A stretch of 64,000 bases of DNA, from positions 75,950,001-76,014,000 of the forward strand of contig JAGIQG010000014.1 in assembly GCA_024679065.1 (NCBI GenBank), written 5' to 3'. Source of the stretch: Sphyrna mokarran. Its lineage: Eukaryota. Numbering within the stretch: position 1 is the first letter of the stretch; every line of letters starts with the position of its first letter. The position numbers were made by a program, and so were the translations under genes. The notes under the pieces were generated by a model, which saw only the letters and a list, made by a program, of their open reading frames with translations, ran no database searches and was not told the DNA's origin. Positions 20,146-32,636 of the stretch are shown here, piece by piece.

Positions 20146-22614
20146 ATGAGATATAAAATATATTGGTTGCTAAAATGCCAATTATTTTATTGCATATTCT
20201 CCTCGTGGAATCTAGTGTTTGGACAGATTCGTTATTCGATTCCTGAAGAACTACAACTGGGCGCCTTTGTTGGGAATATCGCAGATGATTTGGGTTTAGA
20301 TATAAAGCAGCTCTCGGCTCGCAGTTTTCGGATTGCACCCGGGCCCAGGAAACAATATGTGGATGTAAATTTGAACACTGGCATTTTATTTGTGAAGGAG
20401 AAAATCGACAGGGAACAGATTTGCGGGCCCAGTTTGAGTTGTGTAGTATCCTTTGACTGTTTGCTTGAAAACCCCTTAAAGCTGTACCAGGTTGCAGTGG
20501 AGATTCTCGATGTGAATGACAACGCTCCCAGATTCGCAAAACAGCTAATCTGTCTGGAAATCACAGAGAATTCCACGCCAGGAATGCGCTTTTTTCTCGA
20601 GTCCGCGCATGATCCGGACATTGGAACAAACTCCTTACAAACCTATGAGCTCCTTTCCAACGATTATTTTGTGCTTGATGTACAAATGCGTAGTGAAGAA
20701 GGAAAGATGCCAGTATTGGTGCTGCAGAATTCCTTGGACAGGGAAACGGAATCCGGCCACATGTTAACATTAATAGCCAAGGACGGCGGGGTCCCAATGA
20801 GATCCGGAACGGCTCATGTCTCAATTGCAGTAAAGGATACAAACGACAACGCCCCCGTTTTTCCTCAATCAGTTTATAGAGTCACCCTATTAGAAATAGC
20901 ACCCACAGGAACGCAGGTAATAATATTAAATGCCACTGACTTGGACGACGGTTTCAATGGAGAGATAGCGTACTCACTCAGTAGCCATACTTCTGCGAGA
21001 GCACGGGAAATGTTTGAAGTGGATTCCAAAACTGGTGAAATTCGACTGAAAGGGAACTTGGACTATGAAGAGAACAAGGCTTTTGAGATTATTATACAAG
21101 CAATGGACAAGGGTCTACACCCAATGTCCGGGCACTGTGATGTTTTGGTGGATATTATTGATGTGAATGATAACGCGCCCGAGGTTACGTTGAGGACCTT
21201 GTCCAGCACAGTTTCAGAAGATGCTCCAGTTGGAACTGTAGTCGCTGTGTTCAGTGCGGCCGATAAAGATTCGGGGCGAAATGGGCAGGTACAATGTCAA
21301 ATTTCAAATGAACATCCATTTAAACTTGATTCTTCTTTGAAGAATTATTATGAATTACTTGTTCAACATCCACTGGATCGTGAAAATGCCTCCCAGTGCG
21401 ACGTCACAATAACATGCACGGATGCAGGAAATCCTCCTCTGACATCCAAAAAAACTATTCATGTAGAGGTTTCAGATATAAATGACAATGCACCGCGGTT
21501 TACCCAGTCTTTATACGCTGCAAACGTCATGGAAAACAATGCTATTGGCGATTCTATATTTTCCATTACAGCTTTTGATCCAGATGTTGGAGAGAATGCT
21601 CGACTGATATATTCTATCCTGGAGACACAAGTTGGGAATGCCTCCGTATCTACTTACGTCTCTATTAACTCGGAGACTGGGGTTATTATCGCTCAGAGAG
21701 ATTTTGACTACGAAATATTGAAAACCTTTCAATTCCAAGCTCGGGTCATGGACTCTGGAAACCCACCACTCACCAGTAATGTCTCAGTGAATGTTATTAT
21801 CCTTGATCAGAATGACAACGTTCCAGTGATCCTGCACCCATTAGCCGAGTACGGCTCAACGGTAACAGAGACAATATCCCGGTTTGCGGAACCAGGCTAC
21901 TTGGTTGCTAAGGTATCGGCCAGTGATGCTGACGCCGGGCAGAATGCTCGCCTTTCTTATTCCATTTTCCAGGCTACCCAGCATAATCTTTTTACTATTT
22001 CACCAAACACTGGGGAAATTTGGACTATCCGTCGTATTGAGAATAAAGATGCCTCTCAGCAAAGGCTGGTGATTGTGGTAAAAGACAATGGAACACCATC
22101 ACTTTCTGCAACAGTGACTATTATCTTAACTGTTGCAGGTGGTGACATTGAAACATTCTCCAGCGTCAGTGGATCCGTTGAAGATGCAGGATTCACTTCT
22201 GATCTGAGTCTTTCATTGGTCATAGCATTAGGAGCGATTTCTATAATTTTCCTCGCCATTTTAATAATTCTCGCTGTGAAAGTTCATCAAAACAGAAATG
22301 TTATGGGAGGTCGGCGCTGGTCCTTAGGTGTTTGGTGCTGCATTGAAAAAAGACAACATCTGAATGGAATTGAAAAGACCAGCAGAAATATTCAGATACC
22401 ACCCAACTATGTTGAGGTATTTGGAGGTGATCCACTTTCTCAAAGATTTCGCTATGAATCATGCTCAACATTGCAGTCAACGAAGACGGACTTCATAATT
22501 CCTAGCACATGCAGGTCATCTACTGGCAAGAGTTATGTGAAGGATGAGTCTATGAGGAAAAGTAATCACAGAATGACTAATTTTGAAAACGGCAGTAGCC
22601 CTGGATTCACCGAG
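20146..22614 (+). CDS. Clustered protocadherin variable exon 2 (823 codons)
   Basis: Intact ORF 20146..22623 with the same SP-EC1-6-TM-cytoplasmic layout; donor GAG|GTGAGG at 22614/22615. Confidence 0.95.
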
Positions 22615-22920
22615 GTGAGGTAATTTTACAAAGTGAATAGGATTTTCATGTAACCTGTATTGGATATATAGGCATTTATGGAAAGCATACCCGTTGAATT
22701 GAATGGAATGGAAGTAATACCTTTCAGGAATAATACGCGGTTTTCTACTATTTTTTCTACTTCCTGTCAACATCCATTTTTCTTTTCTGTGAAATGGTAT
22801 GTTGTAAGATGTATTTGCGTTATTTTGTAATCATGTGTAATTCATTGCATTGTTAAATCAAGGTTTTTTTTTCTGGGAGCCCATGTTCCCTTTGAGCACT
22901 TTTTGACCCATGAGATATTA

Positions 22921-23290
22921 AATTTGATTTGATTTATTATTGCCACATGTATTACTATACAGAGACAAGTATTGCTTCTTGCACACAATACAGGCATACC
23001 ATGCATTGAGAAGGTAGAGAGAGTAGAAAATGTAGTGTTATAATCAGAGGTAGGGTGCAGAGGAAGGTCAACTTAATACAAGATTTTACATTCAAAAGTC
23101 TGATGGCAGCAGAGAAGAAGCTGTTCATGAATTGGTCAGTATGTGATCTCTGAATTTTTATTCTTTTCTGACAGAAGAAGGTGGTAGAGAATATGTTCTG
23201 GGTGCGTGAGTTCTTTGATTATGCTGGCTGTTTTTCTGAGACAGCAGGAAATGTACACAGTGTCAATGGATGGGAGGCTGGACTGGGCAT
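22921..23290 (-). mobile_element. Rex1/Babar-like LINE 3' fragment
   Basis: (GATTT)n tail; the minus strand encodes CLRKTASIIKELTHPEH, homologous to 24720-25030. Confidence 0.7.
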
Positions 23291-23504
23291 CATTCTCGAC
23301 CAAAAGCAAATTGGATGTGAATTGTTGATTTTCTTCCACTCTGTGACAATTTAATCATACCTGTATTCTGAAGTTGTCGCTGCATGCACCAAACCATGCA
23401 AATACAAAATATTTTTATTTATAATGAAATAACCCTTCATACCGCCTTTGTAAATCACTTGGTTAATTTCATGTTATTGCAATCTCCGCGTGCTTGTTCT
23501 TGCA

Positions 23505-23750
23505 TGTGTTTCTGAGTGTCACTGTTTTGTGAAATCTGCACGCTCTCCCCGTGTCTATATGTGTTTCCTCTGAGCACACTGGTTTCCTCCCATAATCTGA
23601 AAGACGTGTTGGTTAGGTGCATTGGCCATGCTAAATTCTCCCTCAGTTCACCTAAACAGGCATCAGAGTTTAGCAACAAGAAGATTTTCACAGCAACTTC
23701 ATTGCAGTGGTAATGTAAATCCCCTTGTCACACTAATGAATAGATTTAAA
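23505..23750 (+). mobile_element. V-domain SINE fragment
   Basis: CTCCCCGTGTCT...GGTTTCCTCCCATAATCTGAAAGACGTG V-SINE-like core; same family as 45386-45630. Confidence 0.7.
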
Positions 23751-24003
23751 CGTATATTACAATTCGCCATTTCAGATGAATAATTGACTTCAGATCAATA
23801 TATTATTCAAAAATATTTTTGTTGAATCTTTTTATTGTCTATGAAGTGTGGGCGTCATATTTCTTCAAACTGATGTTTAGGTACCATTAGAAATATGAAT
23901 AGGACTAGGACTAGGTGCTTCGGCCCCTTGAGTCTACCTCACCATTCAATATGATCATGGATGATTCAGCAGTCTTCACATCCACTATCCTGCTCTTTTG
24001 CAA

Positions 24004-25030
24004 TTCGATCTTCAAGTTTGCTGACAACACTCAGTATGGATAGAGCTGAAACAATGACGAGACAGAGTACAGGAATGAGATAGAGAATCTGGTGAAGTGG
24101 TGCGATAACAATAATCTCTCCCTCAATGTCAACATTGTTTTTTGATCAGTAAGAGAATTAAGTGTTGCTTGATTTGATTTGATTCATTATTGTCATATGT
24201 ATCAACATGCAGTGAAAAGTATTGTTTCTTCCGTACTATACAGACAATACATACGGTTCACAGAGAAGGAAACGAAAGAGTGCACAATGTAGAGTTGTAG
24301 TCATACTAGGGTGTAGAGAAAGATCAGCAGCAGGGAAGAAGGTGTTCTTGAGTCGGTTGACACGTAACAAGAGATTGTTATTGATTCCAGGAAGCGTAAA
24401 GGAAAATGTGCCGCTGTCTACATCAATGAGCACGAAGTAGAAAGGGCTGAGAGTTTCAAACTTTTAAGTGTCCAGATCACCAACAACCAATCCTGGTTCC
24501 CCCTTGCCAAAACCATAGTTAAGAAAGTCCGCCAACGCCTCTACTTTCTCAGAAGAGTAAGGGAATTTGGCTTTCAAGTCACCAACTTTTACCAATGCAC
24601 CATAGAAAACGTCTTGGTATTATAGCTTGGTATGGCTCCTGCTTTGCCCAAGACCACAAGAAAAGGTCTTGACCGTAGCCCAATCCGTCATGCAGGCAGT
24701 CTCCGTCCATTGACTCTGACTACGCTTCCCATTGCCTCGGCAAAGCAGCCAGCATAATTAAGAACCTTACGCACCCCGGACATTCTCTCTCCCACCGTCT
24801 TTCTTTGAGAAAATGATACAAACGTCTGAGGTCACGTGTCAACCGACTCAAGAACACCTTCTTCCCTGCTGCTGATCTTTCTCTACACCCTAGTATGACT
24901 ACAACTCTACATTGTGCACTCTTTCGTTTCCTTCTCTGTGAACCGTATGTATTGTCTGTATAGTAAGGAAGAAACAATACTTTTCACTGCATGTTGATAC
25001 ATATGACAATAATGAATCAAATCAAATCAA
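24004..25030 (+). mobile_element. Rex1/Babar-like LINE 3' half
   Basis: Encodes IFKFADNT...NNDETEYRNEIENLVKWCDNNNLSLNVN and QRLYFLRR, with an (AATCA)n tail. It is inserted in an older minus-strand CR1 (23890-24003 and 25031-25850), with GCAA on both sides. Confidence 0.8.
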
Positions 25031-25065
25031 GCAACACTTAATTCTCTTACTGATCAAAAAACAAT
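24134..25065. repeat. 232-bp inverted repeat (arms 24134-24365 and 24834-25065, 468-bp spacer)
   Basis: The arms are reverse complements with one visible mismatch; the ORF track shows the same peptide MFLPYYTDNTYGSQRRK... on both strands. Confidence 0.95.
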
Positions 25066-27959
25066 CTGGCCTGAAATATACATAATTGCTTTACTTCCAC
25101 GGCTCTCTATGGCAAGGAGTTCCAAGGACTCTCAACCCTCTGAGAGCAGAAATTCCTCCTCGTCTCAGTCTTAAATTGGTGCCTCTTTATTCTGAGACTG
25201 TGCTGTCTGGTGCTAGCCTTTCTCATGAAAGACAACACCCTCTTAGCCTTTACCCAAAGATTCCTGTCTGTTTCAATAACATCACATCTCATTTCTCTAA
25301 ATTCCAGTGAGTGGAATCCCAGACTGTCTCATTTCTCCTCATCAGGCAATCCCTCCACACCTTGTGAACTCCCTCAATTTAAATAATACTGTTAGCTTGT
25401 GCTCACTTCTAAAACGAACAACTTCACGTTTTCCCTAGTATACTCAATTTGTCAGTTGCTTGCCCAGTTAGTTAATCTACCAACATCTCTACATCTGTTT
25501 GTATCCCTCGCGTATTTTGCCTTTCCATCTATTTTTTGCGTCATCTGCAAATTTGGCAACTATACATTCGTTTCATTCCTCCAAGTGATTAATATAGATT
25601 GTGAACAGTTACAGAAACAGTACAGATACAAATCCTTGTGGAATCTACTGGTTACATGTCACTAACTTGAAAAATATCCCCTTATTCACATTTTATGTTT
25701 CCTGTCCATTTGTCAATTCTCTATCTATGACAGTGTACTATCTCCAACACGATGTGCTCTTATCTTATGACTTAACCTTTTATGAAGTACCTTGTGGAAT
25801 GCTTTCTGGATATCCAAAGAATCTACTGGCTCCCCTCGATCCGCTCTGTTTGAGTTTTTTTTTCTGAAAAAAGAGATCTGGTCTCATGTATGAAAACGTG
25901 GAAACGCCCCCTGACTTGGGTCCTCTAGGTGAGACAACAGTTTAACTCCAGTCACTCCCTTAGATCCCACTGCTCTCCAAATATATTGTAGAAATCTGAT
26001 ACTCACAATATCTGACGTTAACAGGAAAGCATGAGACATCAATTGTTTTGCATGCAATTGATGTCTCTGCAATCGAGCAAGAAGGGCAGTGTGCTCGTGC
26101 ATGATGTCAACCTTCGCTTTAGATTTTAAATTTGAATAACATCTGCTACGTCTCTGGCCACAATGACATGTCTAAGATCAAGTTGGGTAATTACAATTGG
26201 GGATCATATGTTTGGTAATTCACTGTAACATATGCATAATGAAATGGTCCTTTGCAACATTACAATTACTCAGATATTATTAAATACAGCAGGTTCCCAG
26301 CAACTCATTATTTCAATATTCTAAAAAAGGAAAGCATTATAATTTTGCCAATTTTGCCTAAGTTAACATAAAAATATGAGAATTGTTGACTTTGTCTCTC
26401 GCACTCTCTAAATGTTTAGAGGCACTGACTTATGAGAAACTCTGCACATTCATGAAACTGTTTGCATAATTTAATTATTTACAGATTGCCAACATAAACC
26501 ATTTTCTTAGTTCCTAGTTATCACATTCTCAGTTTGGTATTTTCAACGAATTAATATCAGCGTGCCTTTGAGTGTCACATAAATCTAACAGTTCATTTGA
26601 TGCCATAAAAACTCCCCTTCCATAGAGCTTGGGAAAACTTTGCTGAATCATTAGCAGATTGTTATAAATGACAGCCAGAGCGAATGGAAGTCCTCAGACT
26701 GATTTAAAATGATAGGCTACACTACAAAATATTCTAGAATTCTCTGTGAGTTACAGAAGTTTGTGTGAATCAATGAATATTGTAAATGAAGATTTTCAAA
26801 TGGCATTTGGCAGAAGTTTCGAAGTGAGGCTGATTTTGGATATGAATACAAAATAGATGGAAGGGTTATTCAGAAGAAATGCAAATTGGCTTTGTGCCAG
26901 AAGAGTGTGGTGCTTTTCTACAATACAGGGCAAACAATTCAATTTAGGATAATCGGGTGTTTAAAAATTTCCTGATATTAACTAGTTGGACCTGCTGCCC
27001 TGAGACAATCAAAACACCATTTGGCTTTTACTGTTTGACTGATAGTGATAAACTCTTGTTAAGAATAGTGTCTTGTACTTGCACTGTTGGTTCAGACTTC
27101 CTCATAATGTTCTTACATTTCAACACTTGGTGTGTGTTTTTAAAAAGTAAATATTTCTGATGTGTTTCACCTAAAAAAAAGGAGAACTTCCTGGTGTATT
27201 CTTCATGATTTTTTTCTTTGATCTCTGCAGTTCATAATGTTTGTAATTCATAGAGATGCACTGTAACGATGTAATCGTTTTACCCAGTAATGCATAGTGC
27301 GTGGGCAGATCGTAAGATGAAAGAAAATCAAAATTTTCAGAGTTTAATTTAACAAATACTCCATAAATTTGCTTAGAAATGCGAGAATATTTTTAAAAAA
27401 TAACGAATGCATGCGGCATCGGGTGTCAATAGTAAGAGAAAATGAGTGACCATGTAGAAAAAAAACTAAAAGCATTAAGAGAATGTGACAAAATAGTAAT
27501 ATAGCAAATTGAAAATGCAGAACGACCTGGAAATTAATGGTCTCGAGTCATGAAGAGTTATTATGTTCGCGTTACCATTGCAATTACGAGGCCAACTTGG
27601 AATATGGTCTGTAGAATTTACCATAAGGTATTTCTGCTGCTTTAAAACTTGCTATGTGTTGCCTTTGGGATCAGGTTTTCTCGAATACCGTAATCTATGT
27701 TACACTGTAGGAAAGCAGATATAGAATTTTCTGTATACATGGCTTTGGTAGAGATCTTAAGTATATGAATCTCGATATTCATGTAAGGTTTGAGATTAGC
27801 ACATTATCTTTCACAGATTATGGAATGTGTGATGCGAATAATAAGTTCGTGATTAGTTAAAAGCATTTAACTAAGTTTGGAGCTAGATATTTGGAGAGAA
27901 GTGAATGATAATGGAAACATTAGGATAATCGTGGTGATTTACAAATTTTATGGGAGAAC

Positions 27960-29082
27960 GTGGCGCTAATTTAGACTTCTTTTATTGAGAATCAACAGCT
28001 ATTTAAGGATTGGGATATACTGGCTTAGATTGAGAGTTAGTTAATAGACAGAAAAGTTGCATAGGAATGAATGGATCATTCTCATGTTGACAGGCTATGA
28101 CTAGTGAAGGAGGGCAAAGATCAGTGCGTAGGTCTTCGTATTTTATAATCTATACCAATGATTTTGATATGAGATTTAATTGTAATATTTCCAAGTTCGC
28201 AGATGACCCCAAATTAGATGAAAGTGTAAAGTATCAGGATGCAAAGATGCTTCAATGAAATTTAGAATTGCTGAGTAGGTAAAACTTCGGTGGATGGAAT
28301 CTAATGCAGATAAGTGTAAGGTTATCTATTTTAGGAGGAAAATAGAATTACAGAACGCTTCCTCAATGGCATAAAGCTTACAAGTGTTGAAATTGAAAGG
28401 GGCTTGGGTGTCCGTGACCTTGAGTCACAGAAACCTTACATGAAGGTACAGCAAGCAATTAAGAAGACAATTGGTATGTCATGAAGATTTGGACATTGCA
28501 GCAAAGGTGTCTGACTGAAATTGTATATAACCTTTTTGAAACCACAACTGGGATATTGTGAGCTGTGCTGTCCTCCTTACCTGAGGAAAGATTTTGCCAT
28601 CGATAGAGTGCAGCCAAGGTTCATCAGCCAAATTCTTCGGATAGAGATTGGCGAATGAGGAATGAATAAATATACATAGTATATATTCTCTGGAATTTAG
28701 AAGGACAACAAGTGATCTCATTTAACCATACAAAATTCTTTCAGGGCTCGACGGGGTAGATACAGAAATGGTGTATCCTTTGGTTATGAGAACTAGGTCC
28801 AGGGTACATAGTCTCACCATACGGAGCAGGCGATGATGCACAGAGATGGAGAGGATTTCCTTCACTCAGAGGATGGTGAATCTTTGGAATTTTATACGCC
28901 AGAGGTCTGAGGAAGAGCACTTATTGGGAAAGGTCAAGATCGTGATCGATAGATTTCTCCTTAAGGAAATCATCACGGGACAGAAGATCCTTAGAAAAAA
29001 ATAGTGTTGAAATAGGCGACCAGCAGTGCTCTCATTGAACGTTGGTCAAAGGGTCTAGTGACTGACTCCTGTTCCTATGTCA
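27960..29082 (+). mobile_element. Old decayed CR1 (RT to 3' tail)
   Basis: ISKFADDPKL at ~28185, DKCKVIYF, FTQRMVNLWN, tail ACTCCTGTTCCTATG. Confidence 0.75.
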
Positions 29083-29319
29083 ACTGCTGTTGTGATTGAA
29101 AGTATTGAAATAATAACATACATGTTATAAACATTTAATTAAATGAAAGGATGCATCAATCATTTTGACACTGAAGGCCCTCTTTTAAAATTTATTTTGA
29201 CACAAATGTTCAACAAACCAAAGTCTTAGGATGCTTACTGCAATTGAGCTCGAGAGGTATCATGGCAACAAGCAGAAACAATTCAGAATAGTGAAAGAAG
29301 AGGCGGATTAAAATTTTAG

Positions 29320-29537
29320 TTGTGCAATAATAAATCAAGTATCGGCGTTGGCTTCAGACTATTCCGCTTTAAGAAATGAAAAGCAATTTCATTGGTCGAA
29401 TGTCAACATGCCTGTGTTCACCAATCAGAAGCTGAGCTGTGATTGGGGATCCGGACTGCCCCTTTTACTACCCATCCACCATCACGCACGATCAGATGCA
29501 GTGTAACATTGGATAGCGAGCAGCTCGGCAGCATTTG
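29320..29537 (+). promoter_or_regulatory. Variable-exon promoter 3
   Basis: Same motif order; ATTGG 29391, CCAAT 29421, ATTGG 29508. Confidence 0.85.
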
Positions 29538-29726
29538 TGCACGAATCCACTGGCAATTTTAGACATAAAAGAGAAAAGCTGAATGAAGTTAATCGAGCGA
29601 TTCTAAAACAATCAGGTATTTGCTACATCGCAGTTTTTCGGATTTAAGATAGATTAATAGAGCTGTAAAAAGAATAATTGATGGTACGGACACGTTCTGA
29701 AACAAGGGGAATGTGTTTCGCTGGAA

Positions 29727-32195
29727 ATGAGATATAAAATATATTGGTTGCTAAAATGTCAATTATTTTATTGTGTATTCTCCTCGTGGAATCTCGTGTT
29801 TGGACAGATTCGTTATTCGATTCCTGAAGAACTGCAACTGGGTGCCTTTGTTGGGAATATCGCAGATGATTTGGGTTTAGATATAAAGCAGCTCTCGGCT
29901 CGCAGTTTTCGGATTGCACCCGGGCCCAGGAAACAATATGTGGAAATAAATGTGGACACTGGCGTTTTATTTGTGACGGAGAAAATTGACAGGGAACAGA
30001 TTTGCGGGCCTAGTTTGAGTTGTGAGATATTATTGAAGTGTTTACTTGAAAACCCCTTAAAGCTGTACCAGGTTGCAGTGGAGATTCTCGATGTGAATGA
30101 CAATGCTCCCCGCTTCGAAAAGAAACAATTCCGTCTCGAAGTCTCAGAGCGTTCTACTCCAGGAACGCGCTTTCGCCTTGAGTCCGCGCATGATCCGGAC
30201 ATTGGAACAAACTCTTTACAAACCTATGAGCTACTTCCAAACAGTTATTTCATTCTCGATGTACAAATGCGCAGCGGAGAAGGAAAGCTGCCAGTTTTGG
30301 TGCTGCAAAATTCCTTGGACAGAGAAACGGAATCTCGCCACATGTTAACGTTAATAGCCAAGGATGGCGGTGTCCCTGTAAGATCGGGCACGGCTCAGGT
30401 CTCAATCAGAGTAAAGGATGCAAACGACAACGCCCCTGTTTTTCCCCAGTCAGTTTATAGAGTCACTTTATTAGAAAGTGCACCAACAGGAACGCGCTTA
30501 ATTATACTAAATGCCACTGACTCCGACGATGGATCCAATGGAGAGATAGCATACTCGCTCAGTAGTCATAATTCTGCTGGAGTTCGCGAAATGTTTGACG
30601 TGGATTCCAAAACTGGTGAAATTAGATTGAAAGGGAAGTTGGACTATGAAGAGAATCATGCCTTTGAGATTAATATACAAGCAATGGACAGGGGCTCTGA
30701 TGCAATGTCCGGTCACTGTGATATTTTGGTGGATATTATTGATGTGAATGATAACGCTCCTGAGGTGACATTGACGTCTTTGTCCAGCACAGTTTCAGAA
30801 GCTGTTCCAGTTGGAACTGTAGTCGCTCTGTTCAATGCAGAGGACCAAGATTCGGGTCAAAATGGGAAGGTACAATGTCAAATTTCAAAGAAGCTTCCCT
30901 TTACGCTAGATTCTTCTTTGAAGAATTATTATGAATTGCTTCTTCAACATCCACTGGATCGCGAAAATGCCACCCAATATGATGTCACTATAACATGCAC
31001 TGATGCAGGCAATCCTCCTCTGAAATCCAAAAAAAACATTCGGGTAGAGGTCTCAGATATAAATGACAATGCCCCACGATTTACTCAATCTTTATTTACA
31101 GCAAACATCATGGAGAACAATGTTATTGGCGTTTCTGTATTTTCCATTACGGCCTTTGATCCAGATGTTGGAAAGAATTCTCAACTTAAATATTCTATCC
31201 TGCAGACGCAAGTTGGGAATGTTTCCGTGTTCAGTTACATCTCTATTAACTCGGAGACTGGAGTCATTATCGCTGAGAGAAGTTTTGACTACGAAAAATT
31301 GAAAAATTTTCAATTTCAAGCTCAGGTCATGGACTGTGGAACTCCACCACTTGCCAATAATGTCTCAGTGAATGTTATTATTCTTGATCAGAATGACAAT
31401 GTTCCAATAATCGTGCACCCATTAGCCGAGTATGGCTCAACGGTAACAGAGACAATATCCAGGTTTGCAGAACCAGGTTATTTGGTTGCTAAGGTATCGG
31501 CCACTGATGCTGATGCCGGTCAGAACGCACGTCTTTCTTTTTCAATTTTTCAGGCTACTCAGCATAACCTTTTTACTATTTCATCAGACACTGGAGAAAT
31601 TTGGACGATCCGTCGTATTGAGAATAAAGATGCCTCTAAGCAAAGGCTGGTAATTCTGGTAAAAGACAATGGGACACCATCACTTTCTGCCACAGTGACC
31701 ATCATCTTAACTGTGTTAGGTGGAGACACTGAAACATTCTCCAGCATCAGTGAATTGTCTGAAGATCATGGGTTCTCTCCTGATCTGAGTCTTTTCTTGG
31801 TCATTGCTTTGGCTGTAATTTCAGTCACTTTCCTAGTGATTTTAATTATCCTCGCTGTGAAGGTCCATCAAAGCAGAAGCCCTTTCGGCGGCCACTATTG
31901 CCCCCTGCGTGTTTGTTGCTGTTTTGACACAAGACATTCTCTGAATGGAATTCAAAAGACCAGTAGAAATCTTCAGATTCCACCCAACTATGTTGAGGTG
32001 TTCGGGGGTGATCCACTTTCTCAGAGTTTCCGCTATGAGTCATGTTCAACATTGCAGTCAACAAAGAGAGACTTCATATCTCCCAACTCATGCAGGTCAT
32101 CTACAGACAAAAAATATGTCCAGTCAGAGTCTGTGAGGAATGGAAGCCCGGGAATAACTAATTCAGAACATTACAGCAATCCAGTGAATACAGAG
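29727..32195 (+). CDS. Clustered protocadherin variable exon 3 (823 codons)
   Basis: Intact ORF from 29727; donor GAG|GTGAGA at 32195/32196. The ORF track runs on into the intron to 32294. Confidence 0.95.
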
Positions 32196-32636
32196 GTGAG
32201 ATACTTTCTTAAAGTGAATCAGATTTTCATAGATTTCATACATTTTTTGGAAAATGCTACACGTTTAAAAAATAAGATAGAAGTCATACCTTGAAGGCAT
32301 CATGACCGATTGTTGTACTATTTCGATATCCCATCATCATTCATGTATCGTTGTGGAATGCTGTCTTGTAGGTGCATTTACATTCCTTTCAGACGTATTA
32401 CTTTGTCAGCCTGATTCAAAAGGATGTTATGGGAGCCAAGCTTCTGTTATGTCACGTTCTAATCCCCATGGCTTTACTTACATGTGGGAGAACTGTTATC
32501 TTTGTCCCACACTCCTTAAACATTTAAACATACTCATCTTGCATGGAAGTCAATGTACACACTAAATCATGCTGACACAAAATGCATTCATTGATATGAT
32601 TTCCAATTAAGTCCTGCAAGCCAATTGTTAGTTTAC

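Noticed and set aside
32196-32294. C-terminal ORF extensions of exons 3, 4 and 7 beyond TE/IE
   Set aside because: They lie after the conserved GAG|GTGAG donor and are not conserved between paralogues, so they are treated as intron.
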